From positions 682,001-746,000 of the forward strand of contig VJWM01000107.1 in assembly GCA_010909165.1 (NCBI GenBank): a stretch of 64,000 bases of DNA, given 5' to 3'. This document shows, one piece after another, positions 27,149 through 37,915 of this stretch. The notes under the pieces are model-generated. The model saw only the letters and a list, made by a program, of their open reading frames with translations, searched no databases and had not been told where the DNA came from. The first letter of the stretch is position 1, and each line of letters opens with the position of its first letter. The DNA is from Anthoceros angustus (lineage: Eukaryota; Plantae; Anthocerotophyta). Made by a program: the position numbers and the translations under genes.

Positions 27149-28180
27149 TAATTAATCGCATCGAAGCAAATAACAGGATAGTGGACAGACGCTGCACACA
27201 AATTAATGGACACTTGTCTACAGCAAGCGTTGACTTACAGGATCTGAAGGAGCAAGTTGCACACTTGGACTACAAAGTGGTTATCTTCTTTGGCAGAGAT
27301 GCTCAAAAATCCGGTGTTCGGAAACACCTGTAAAGAAGTAAGACAAATCGTGAGAAGCTTCACTCACTTAACTCGTGTCCATCTTGCTCCACGTATGCCT
27401 ACAATAGGTTCGAGATGAGGAGCTCCAAAATTGCAGCTACGAGGAGGATCCGGGATCAAACACCGCAACGTAATCAACAAGCGTTATGAGCAGTGTGTCC
27501 GATCAGGACGTTTTTGGGGATATATTCAATACAGCTGAATTTGGACCTGAGGTCGAACAACAAGCCACAAATATGGCAAACGCACCCTCAACTCCAAACT
27601 ATGGAGGTAATGAATCCTTCAAGGAGAAGGATCGGTTCAATGGCAATGACTTTGACATATGGCAGATCCGGATGGAGGCCGTCCTCGAAATGAGGGGCCT
27701 GCTGAAACATGCAACCGGAAAGGTAGTGAAACCAGACGAGGGATCTTCGGGACATCGTGACAAGGGGGTGCTGTCTCGACCGAAGAGGGTTCCTATATTC
27801 CCCCCCTTAAAAAATTATCATGTTTGCCACATAGGATGCGATTCGGCGCCATCTGGCCGGCGTCAAATCACGTCATGCCCCACCTGCCCAGTGGAGCATG
27901 CTCACCATGGACAGTCATAGATGGACGGAATGCATTTGTAGGAAATAATTGAAACCTTTAACGGTGACCCTCCTTCTTCTGTGCATCTTTGCAGTAGCTT
28001 CTGTAGGAACAAGTGTTCGTGGATGCTGACCTTCAAGCTAGACAGCCTGCTTCAAACACATACAATCTCATAACAATGCTAGGTTCTGTTCGTGTGTCAT
28101 ATTTCCAACCTTGGTTTCATTCATGAACCGCAATTATCGAAGATTTTAGTTTAGATTTGTGGCGAAATCAAAGAGTGACC

Positions 28181-30607
28181 ACTAGGGTGCTCTAACTTAT
28201 GAAAAAGGCAAAGACAAAAAAGCAGTAATGCCAACTCCGCTCGATGCATACAGATTTTTCATCATTCCGCTATTAGAACAACTGCCGTAAACATAGAGAA
28301 TGACATAAGTCATGTACGCCCTAAGGTTTTTCCGCTACACAGTTTCCATCATCATCATCCATGTTGTCAATATCCGCCTCCTCCTCATATATTATCGACC
28401 CACCCTCCTGGTTCAATGAAGCCATCTCGTTTAGCTTCTCCTTTATAGCCCTTTTGTTGTTGGCGTATAAATGCTTCCGCGTAGTAAGGTTGAAATCATA
28501 GTATAATATTACTGCATCATTTATGTAGATCTCTTGTATATTTTTGGGGTACACGGCCTTTGACCCTGGCCTTGATGACCTGGCCCCGCGGTGCTTGGGC
28601 CCTTGTCCACGGACGATGTGCTCCTCAACATATCGTCCTTCGTAAGTGTCCGTATGTTCCGTCCTATACCAGTGGACTAGCAGACTCAGTCGTAAAGCAT
28701 TAGAGCGTGTTTTGTATCAATCACTTTCCAATGAATCTGTGTGTTTTTTTAGCATCACGTTGGTATGCAAGCATTGGTGAATGTGAACAATATCATCCTC
28801 CAGAGGGTCATCAAACTCATCATCATGAGTGTCAAGCGCATCTCTCGGGATGTCAACATCGTTAAATGCGTTGAGTTATGCGGTTATGGAATGAATGCTA
28901 ACTCCTCCTCCTCCTGCATAATAGGTTCAACTGAGGGAACACGAGAAGCAGGAATGGGAAATGGAGTGAGATAATCATTGCAGCCCTTTGTGCCCTCCAT
29001 CCAGCCCCGAAAAATGCCATCCCCCCGGACATACTCGACTATGTCCCTGAGGACCCCTTCTCCCTGGACCTCGCGGTTTTGCTCAGCTCTCTCTCTACGT
29101 CTTTCTTACGCGGTATGCAGGATGGTGTTTGAGCATCTTCGAGACCTTTTTCTCCCTGAAGACCCATCCAGCAGCTTTCATGCTCTTTTCATAAATTGCT
29201 GACTGGACGGAAGCGCCTCGAATCTCTAAAGTCCTTTCAGCTAGCAGGCGTCTATGGACAAGCACCGAGACTCTGGCGGGTGTCCACTCGCGGTTGGGGA
29301 AGCTTTCATGCGGCTCCTTAGTACTATTGCCTTCCCTTCGCTCCCTCCTCCGGCAACACCTTAGCCCCTACAATTTGTTAGATATATAACACACTAGGGT
29401 GCTCTAACTTATGAAAAGGCAAAGACAAAAGCGTAATGCCAACTCCGCTCGATGCATACAGATTTTTCATCATTCCGCTATTAGAACAACTGCCGTAAAC
29501 ATAGAGAATGACATAAGTCATGTACGCCCTAAGGTTTTTCCGCTACACAGTTTCCATCATCATCATCCATGTTGTCAATATCCGCCTCCTCCTCATCGCT
29601 ATTATCTGACCCACCCTCACTGGCTGGTTCAATGAAGCCACGCATCTCGTTTAGCTTCTCCTTTATAGCCCTTTTGTTGTTGGCGTATAAATGCTTCCGC
29701 GTAGTAAGGTTGAAATCATAGTATAATATTACTGCATCATTTATGTAGATCTCTTGTATATTTTTGGGGTACACGGCCTTTGACCCTGGCCTTGATGACC
29801 TGGCCCCGCGGTGCTTGGGCCCTTGTCCAGACGATGTGCTCCTCAACATATCCTTCGTAAGTGTCCGTATGTTAGTCCTATACGGTGGACTAGCAGACTC
29901 GATCGTAAAGCATTAGGCGTGTTTTGTATCAATCACTTTCCAATGAATACATGTGTTTTTAGCATCACGTTGGTATGCAAGCATTGGTGAATGTGAACAA
30001 TATCATCCTCAGGAGGTCATCAAACTCATCATCATGAGTGTCACCTCTCTGTGGGATGTCAACATCGAGTTAAATGCTGGTTGAGTTGTATGCGGTTATG
30101 GAATGAATGCTAACTCCTCCTCCTCACCGCATAATAGGTTCAACTGAGGGAACACGAGAAGCAGGAATGGGAAATGGAGTGAGATAATCATTGCAGCCCT
30201 TTGTGCCCTCCATCCAGCCCCGAAAAATGCCATCCCCCCGGACATACTCGACTATGTCCCTGAGGACCCCTTCTCCCTGGACCTCGCGGTTTTTGCTCTA
30301 GCTCTCTCATTACGTCTTTCTTACGCGGTAAAATGCAGGATGGTGTTGAGCATCTTGAGACCTTTTCTCCACTGACCCATCCAGCAGCTTTCATGCTCTT
30401 TTCTTTGCCGTGTACGGGAAGCGCCTCATTGAATCTCGAGTCCTTTATTCTTGAGGCTCGTCACTATGGACAAGCACCTGAGACTCTGTGGTGTCCACTC
30501 GCGGTTGGGGAAGCTTTCATGCGGCTCCTTAGCCGTGCTATTGCCCTTCAGTGCCGCTCCCTCCTCCAGCAACACCTTAGCCCCCTACAATTTGTTAGAT
30601 ATATAAC
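28181..30607. repeat. Imperfect tandem duplication, unit ~1.2 kb, including the copia insertion junction
   Basis: 28181-29390 is repeated at 29391-30607; both copies end in CAATT-TGTTAGATATATAAC. Confidence 0.9.
28321..28900 (-). pseudogene. C-terminal remnant of an unidentified, probably transposon-associated protein
   Basis: Continuous frame LVHWYRTEHTDTYEGRYVEE...QEIYINDAVILYYDFNLTTRKHLYANNKRAIKEKL with acidic flanks; second copy at ~29530-30100. Confidence 0.4.
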
Positions 30608-30795
30608 CTGCTAGGGTTAAATATAAATGCTTAGTTAGGATTAGTTACATTTTATATACTTATACTTCCTTGTGTCCTACCTTTTTTTTTAATTCCTTTT
30701 GTTCATTGGTCTTCTCTTCCCTCTTGCATGCTGGCTTGTGATTGTGTTGCGTGCACGAGGGTCCTCGTCATGGTACCAGAGCCTGACGATCGCTA

Positions 30796-31392
30796 TTGAC
30801 CTTTGTGGGCCTTTTGCCATGCGTCGCAAGAAGGAAATCCGAGAGACACACCCACAAATTCATCGTGAAGTACAATGGATTCTCCCAACCCGTGACGGCC
30901 CTTGGAGCCAAGCGTACCTCGGCAATCACGGATCGACTCTGCACATTAGCATGGCGGGGCCCAGAACAAAGGAATATCGGTGAGAGGCGCAATTTCGAAT
31001 TTGATTTTCAGACAACTCCAAGTTTTCAGAATCGACAAATTTATCGCAACAATTCCAGGAATACCAAATTGCAGGAGAAATTGCAAAATTTCGATTCAAT
31101 AGTTTCAGGCCATGACGAAAGTTTTTCTGACAAGTCTGTTCGAGCCACTGCAAAGCTGATTTCTAAACGAGTTGAGATACATATTTCACAACTGTGCTCT
31201 CGACAGGACCTATTTCTGGCAGCATTACAAGATCTGGAGAAACGTCAAGAGCATAGGATCAATCAGTGCAGTTTTGACATCGATCGGGCCAATCACCGTA
31301 TTACAGAATTACTGCACTCGATGGGGATTGCTCCAGCATCAAAGACTGTAATCTGCCCAGGGCATGTTGGCCCCTCTGATCCTGCAACTTGA
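30796..31392 (+). CDS. Extra 198-codon ORF between copia PBS and gag, function unknown
   Basis: Uninterrupted frame immediately after the PBS; coiled-coil-like AALQDLEKRQEHRINQ segment. Confidence 0.4.
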   Translation: MTFVGLLPCVARRKSERHTHKFIVKYNGFSQPVTALGAKRTSAITDRLCTLAWRGPEQRNIGERRNFEFDFQTTPSFQNRQIYRNNSRNTKLQEKLQNFDSIVSGHDESFSDKSVRATAKLISKRVEIHISQLCSRQDLFLAALQDLEKRQEHRINQCSFDIDRANHRITELLHSMGIAPASKTVICPGHVGPSDPAT

Positions 31393-33004
31393 TCCCCCTT
31401 CCACTGCATGGTGGAGGGAGAGCGGTTAGGGATTCTGCATGCGCGCATCCACAATTCCGAGGCGGATCGATTGCGAAGATGCCACAGCGGCCACATCCTC
31501 GGCTGCGATGGCGGTTATGATAGTTATCCAACCTTCCCTGCCACCAGACACACAAAACCTAATTGTCATTTCAGTTAGTTAGGTTTCCATTTCTAGATGA
31601 CTTTCTTTTCAGTTAGGGTATTGTACTCAAAGCAATGAAGATGCTTACCCCTGATTCCCCTATTCCTTAGTCTTTGCAGTAGTAGTTATAGCAGCAGTCC
31701 TCTATGCCTACCTCACAGCAGAAATAGATTAGCACCATGGCTCTCATACCACCTCCTCCACCACTAGGATTACCCGTTCCATCCTTTACAGCTGACCTGA
31801 AGGAGAAGGATCGCTTCAATGGGACCCGGTTCGATATCTAGAAAGTTCTTATGAAATCCACTCTGGTTGCGTGTGGCGTCTGGAACATGGTTGATGGATC
31901 CACACCAGACCCTGGTACACCAGCTAGTCCTGCAACACCAGGAACACTTGTCACATCCGGACAGAAAATGAGATGGGATCAGGCCAATAGTATTGATGTC
32001 GCCCTACTCATTGCTGGTCTGGATGCTGACCTTGTTCCTGAAGTGGAGTTCCTCGACAATGCACACGAGATATGGAGCCAGTTAGAAGGAACGTATAAGA
32101 TACAAAACATGATGACACTTCGTACTGTAAGAGCAAACTTTTGTAACCTTAGGCTCAAGGAAGGTGAGCCTGTTGCTGTCCACATTAGCAAGTTTAGACA
32201 CCTACATGCTCAGTTGGCCGGCCTCGGCAGCCCTGTACAGTGGATGATGTCTCTCAGTTCCTGATCAACCTACCTGCAAGCTTCCAGACATTTTTCACGG
32301 CGCAGAATGTCCCCACTCAGATTCCTGGCCAACTTGTATATGTAGGACAATTTTCCCCTTCCCTTAACGCAATCATTGGAGCTCTATTCTAAGAGGAACA
32401 AGGCCATCAAATTCGTGGACATGGTCGTCACAAGGGAGACAAGACAAACAAGATTTTTTCAACTACCTGGGGAGGTCGAGGTCGAGGTCGAGGAAGAGGC
32501 AGGGGGAGATTCCAGCTTATTCAGTCCACTCCTTGCAATGGCGCATCTTCCTCGACCCTCAAACGGCCAGGTAATTGTAACTGGTGTGGTTTACCAGGGC
32601 ACTGGGCTAGGGAGTGTCAGAAGAAGAAGGCCGGCGAGCCCCAATGTGCTTCCCCTCGTCCCTCAGCAAATGCCACCACACAGCACAGTCATCAGGACAA
32701 ACAGTCCTCAACATCTACAACTTCAGGCAAGCCAGTAGTTAAAATTCTCACTGTCTAGCTAATTGAATACTTTAGCGAGTGCCATAAATTGTTGCAACCT
32801 GGACTCAGGGCAACTGCCTACATCTGCAGAGACGAGTCTCTCTTTTCCAGCTTGACACTTACAGCTATTGCTGAGAAGGTGTATCTGGGTGATGAGAGTG
32901 TCGGGAGTAGTTTTTACAGGTCCTTGGTAGAGGTGTCTGTAAGTTTCCCCTGCATGATGATACTGTGTTAGCTTTACCAGACGTCCTGTATGTGCCCAAG
33001 ATGG

Positions 33005-36000
33005 TGTGGAGTGATTTTCTAAACCAAGTGGTCACAAAGAGGCCACATTTACCCTCTTTATCGTTGTAGACTTGAGATTCGTACCCAAGGGAGTGATTTC
33101 GTGTCAAGACAACCAAAACATAGCCAATCCAACCAAAACACGGACACCAAACATCTAGCGATTCTGAGACGGCTACTACCTAACAACACTCGGACACATG
33201 GCTATCTTAGCCACGCGACCTGTGCACCCAGCAGCGGACCGGTTGCTAACTTAGCAACCACCCTCTATTTCTAGCGGAGGGTCCACCTTGGGATCAGTCG
33301 GCTATTAATAGGGGTGTCAGTCGGGATCCAAGTGGATAAGGCTGACCTCTCTCTCTCTCTCTCTCACTCATCCACAAAGTTAGATCCACCAATCGATTCG
33401 CTCTCATAACTCCCCCCCTCTCTCACTCTTGCGGCATTTCTTGAGACTTCCTTGCCCCTCCCCTCGGCCTTTCAGCTCACCTTCCAGCTCCATCAGACCT
33501 TCCACTCTCAGTCCCTTGGGGTGCCTCTCAGCCTCCACACTCTCCAAGTTTCCCCGGAACTCTCTTCAACTCTCCTTGTTCTCACACCTCACGCCCCATT
33601 CAATCTCCACTTCCACTCCAGCTCCATCAGACCTTACAGACTTCTCCAGTCCCTTGGGGTGCCTCATCCCCCACACTCTCAAGTTTCCCCAGCTCTCTTC
33701 AACTCTCCTTGTTCTCACCTCGCCCCATTCAATCTCCACTTCCGACTCACAGCCTCAGTCCTTACAAGGTTCTCATCCAGACCTTTGACTTCACCAACTC
33801 TCAAAATACTTGTTCACTACCTCGCAATCATTCCATCTCATCCACTCACGGATCTTCAACCTCCACTCACGCTCTCTTCTTCAACACAAACATCACTTCA
33901 GACTTCTCCATCCTTCTTACTCCTCTCAAACAGCCAATCAGCAACTCTCCATGTCCGGCATTCTCCACTTCTCTCACTTCACTTTTCCTCTCATTTTCCA
34001 AACACACAAGCCCCTCCAACTCTTCCCTTCCTTTCCACACACAGGCTCCCGCCTTGTCTTCTCTCCACACCTTGACACTCACGAAAACTTAAACACAAGG
34101 TGAGTACTAGACAAGCTGAGAATGAGTAAAGGAGGGCCTCCCGGCTTCACCTTCCTCTTGACCTTGAGGACTCCCTCCAAGGAGACCACAAGGCTCCCTC
34201 CCTTGCTTTCCACCACTCTTGCGGATCGCCACAGATCTGGGCAACAGTAGTCTTCTCGGCGCGAGGCGGTGCCTTACGGCTGGATCCGGAACCCTCCCAA
34301 ACCCGTGCTCGGCCCCAAACACCGAGACTTAGGCCAACATTGCTTACATTTCATCAAGAGTGCCTCTTATACCCAAGATCACAGCGGCTTGGCGCTTGCC
34401 AAAAATACCAATCGGTCTTAGCCTACCAATCCTAGAGGCCTATCTATTAATTGTCCACTATGAGAGAGGATAAGATTTGATCTATAACACATGGGCCTTT
34501 AGCTATTTGAGCCACTTACCCTATTACCTCTCACAGGCCTCCTAGGCCGCCTAGCCCCATGTTCTCCTCTTGCTCTCCTCCCTCTTGGCTGGTTGGGCAA
34601 TCTCTCCCATAAAATCTCTACCTCCTCAGCTGGACTCCTCTCTCTCTTGTGCTCGCCGCATAGTGCAGTACTCCTCCTCGGTGAGCTCTTGAATCTGGAT
34701 GGGTCGGTGAGAGTTTCCTCCTTAAGAATCCAACCCATAGGTAGGATCCGGTGCCGTCAAGGCATGGATCAAGTACCTCCATGTCCCCCTGTGCCCACAA
34801 CAACATAAACTTTCGGAGACAATCTTCTCTCCAGCCAAGGAGAATCCGGGCACATGGTTATCTTGATAAGCATCCCTCAATCTAATGCACCATTGGGAAG
34901 TTAGACTTCTTAGGCGGTGCTTACCGCTCCCCAGCTGTTGTCCTCCTCACGGTCTTGCCCCTTCTTCCTTGTTGTAGCTCGGTCTTGGAGCTGTTGCTCC
35001 CTTAGCAGTGCAGGTGTTCTTCCTTAGCGGCCGGCGGTTGCTTGCTTAGCAACCTCCTCGGCTGTTGCCAACTCGACAGATTCTTCCATGGAGGCTCCGC
35101 ATCTTCCACGGTGGCTCTCCTTGCAATCCCGGCCCTCTTGGCCTCTTTCCAACCTTTCCTTGCCTCGTCCCTCTCCTTCTTGGCGCCCGAGGCATCCAGC
35201 GTTTCTGAACTTGCATCGAGATGACATTCTGCGGCTCCCCTATGGTGCTTTGTGCGTCCGAGAGCGAACCATGAGGGTTTCACGATCCTTGGTCTTCACG
35301 CAACTCTTCTCGGACCTTCCTTAATTCCTTCCATGCTACCTAGGCGTCCCTCCAAGACCTCCTTCTCCTGCTTCATTCCTGGAGCTCCTTGCTCCCCTGT
35401 TGTTCCCCTGCTGCTGTAAACCTAACAAAGAGGACGAGCTATCGGTCCTCCATCTCACCTAGTGCGTGCCATATGAGACCGTCTTGTAGGGTGATGTTAG
35501 GCCCCAAACCTCGGGATGGGTTCCCTCCTTCCTATCTGGCAGACTCTCCCCGCGACCACTTGGGGTATACTTGAGGTCACCTTGAGCAGTGGTGACTTTC
35601 TCGGGGTCACGGTGCCCAAGGTTGGGCGATTCCTCCTGTTGACTGTGGCTTCCCGCCACGGGCTCCTGAGCCAGTGCTGCTCTGGCCTTTCCTTTATCAC
35701 CTTACATCCGGGTGAGTTCCAGTCGTGCTCTTGTGGCTCTAGGAGTGGTTGGAGTCCCTGTTGCTCGGCCGACCTCTCTTGGTGCTGTTGGGGTCTTAGC
35801 AACTCCGGTTGCTTTGTTAGCATGGTGATGCCTTAGCAACCGCCACATTCCTCTTCATGGACACTTGGACTTCTCATCTTCACTCCCGGTGCCCGGAGAT
35901 GGCCTCTTCCTCCTCCTCTTTGGGCTTCCTTCTTTCAAACACCGGCCTCCAGGCATGGAAGGCTGAGACCATCTCTATCCCCTCCAGCAACTTGGCATGG

Positions 36001-37915
36001 TCAAAACGTGGATTAAGAAGGGAGATAGAGCTGAGGGACTGGGTGATGGTAGGGTCAAGTGGTCCCTCTCCACGCATTGTGTCATAGAACATCCTGGCCC
36101 AATCTATCTTGGACCCTCTCACCACCTCATAGAGAAAGACAAGAAAATGGTCAGCAATGTGCTCTAGCTTCTTAGTGAGTGAGCACAGGATCCACTGGCT
36201 AATCCGGCCATTTCGGTCTAACTTGTTGGTGACCCACCATTCTCCACCCTAGACAATGTGGGAGCAATGGCGACTTGTGCCTCCTGCACTTTTGGGAGAT
36301 GGCTTCGAAAGGATCAATGATTATTCCACCACATTCCTCTTGCTCTCATAGACACTGGAACAACTGAATATTCCAGCTGCGGGGGTTGGTTCTCGTGTTG
36401 CCTTCCCCTGTGGCCTTCTCCCTCATGTGTCTGCATTCCAAACCAATTAAGGCTCTTGTAGCACCACTTTTTGTCCATGAAGGACAAGTGATGCTTAGCC
36501 ACCAAGGAACCCCTTTCACTCTCCGATTGCCCCATGTTGGGCCATTGGGCGATGGTAATGGCCTCAATGGCCACGGAGTGTTCTTCTTAGGTCCCATGCT
36601 CCTTGTCTGTGGTGAGCCTAGAGTTCTGGTAAAGTGTCCGGCTACACGCCATTCGGACTTCCCACAAGCCTTACATGCGGTGTCGCCTTTTTGGTCGACT
36701 CCTCACTCGAAATTCTTCCAACCTGCGGTGAAGGATCCCCTAGGGGTAACTTCTCGCTCCTTGTACCCATCTCCACGATGGCGAGTGCCACGTGATTTTC
36801 TCTGGAATCCACCAACCTCCCTCCTACATCACAATTTGTCTCGCGGCCTTGCCCCTCGGCCGGTATCTCCGTGTCTCCACGACTGGGCGCGTCGACCACC
36901 CACGACACAGAAACCTGACACCACCTCGAATTGGAACCCTACTCCAATTCCACCATCAACATGCACTTTGCTCCGCTCAAGCCAATTCGCCTTCGGCCTC
37001 AAATATGTGAGTGCGGGGAGATCACCGCAACCGTGGTTAGGCGGTGACCCCACAGTGCGCCGCCTCCGCCCTTAATCCGCTCCCTTAGGGTGCGTGCCTG
37101 GTCGCACCCTACCTCGTGCACGCTCCCCTTCCTTCTTGGCAATTCCTCGGCCCCCTCGCCCCCGCTGCCTTCTAGTTCTTTCTGATGCCGGCCCGGCGCA
37201 CGCCTTGACCTTCTCCAGGCTGCTCGGCCCGATTATTCCCCCACCATTGGGATTTCTGATCGTGTCGGCTGCTGCTCCCTGCTTGCCCGCGCGCCCTGGG
37301 CTCCTCCACGGTCTTCGTTCCGGCTCCTCTCGCCGTAGCCTTGGATCTGCTGCCGTCTCCACGCCTCCTGCCCTTTCCATCCGCATCCGCCCCGGACTGC
37401 CATTCCACCCGATTCGGCCCTCTTGTGCGCTCGTCGCTGCACCTTCGTGACTCATTGCGGCCGCCTTCCTCCGCCTCCGTCCAGTCACGCTCGAGCTTGA
37501 GGTGTGGCGCCGCCTTGATCCCTTTCGCAAATATTCCTTGTCCCTTCCGCTTGGAAATAATAGGACCCCCCGTTACTTCCGTTCGGGTATTTCCAATGAT
37601 TTCGCTCAATTAGGTTTTCCGATTTATCGGAAAATAACTCCGACTTGGTTGCTACCATAGCAAGCGAGCTCCGTCGATTCTTTGTCATAGCAACAGTCCT
37701 GTTATGGCCCTAGCATGCGTTAACCGGCGGCCAACCCTCCAAGGTTACATCCGGGATCGGGACTAGACTCTCTTCCTCCTACTAGGCTCTAGTAGACTTT
37801 TCTTATTTCCTAACCTACTTCACATCCCAACTCCACACGATTCTCACAACTTAACCACAAAACAAAAAAAACACTCCTTTTCGAGGGGGGTCTGAGTACC
37901 CATGTGGTCACCACA
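33005..37915. mobile_element. 4,911-bp TG...CA unit with solo-LTR hallmarks, inserted in the copia protease-integrase linker
   Basis: TGTGG...CCACA ends; flanks GATGG / TATGG; removing it restores VLYVPKMAKNLM; no internal PBS, purine tract or LTR pair recognised. Confidence 0.85.
34618..36597 (-). pseudogene. Accessory ORF inside the 4.9-kb unit (MGPKK...), ~660 codons, frameshifted
   Basis: ATG at 36597; LTKKLEHIADHFLVFLYEVVRGSKIDWARMFYDTMR; colinear with the 11165-13137 copy. Confidence 0.7.

Larger units (their letters stand above)
17911..27760 (+). mobile_element. 5' part of a plus-strand Ty1/copia (LTR 17911-18165, primer-binding site 18166-18177, gag start 27486), split by a nested copia
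   Basis: TGAAG...CTTCA LTR followed by TGGTATCAGAGC (tRNA-Met PBS); gag FKEKDRFNGNDFDIWQIRM, truncated near 27760. Confidence 0.8.
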
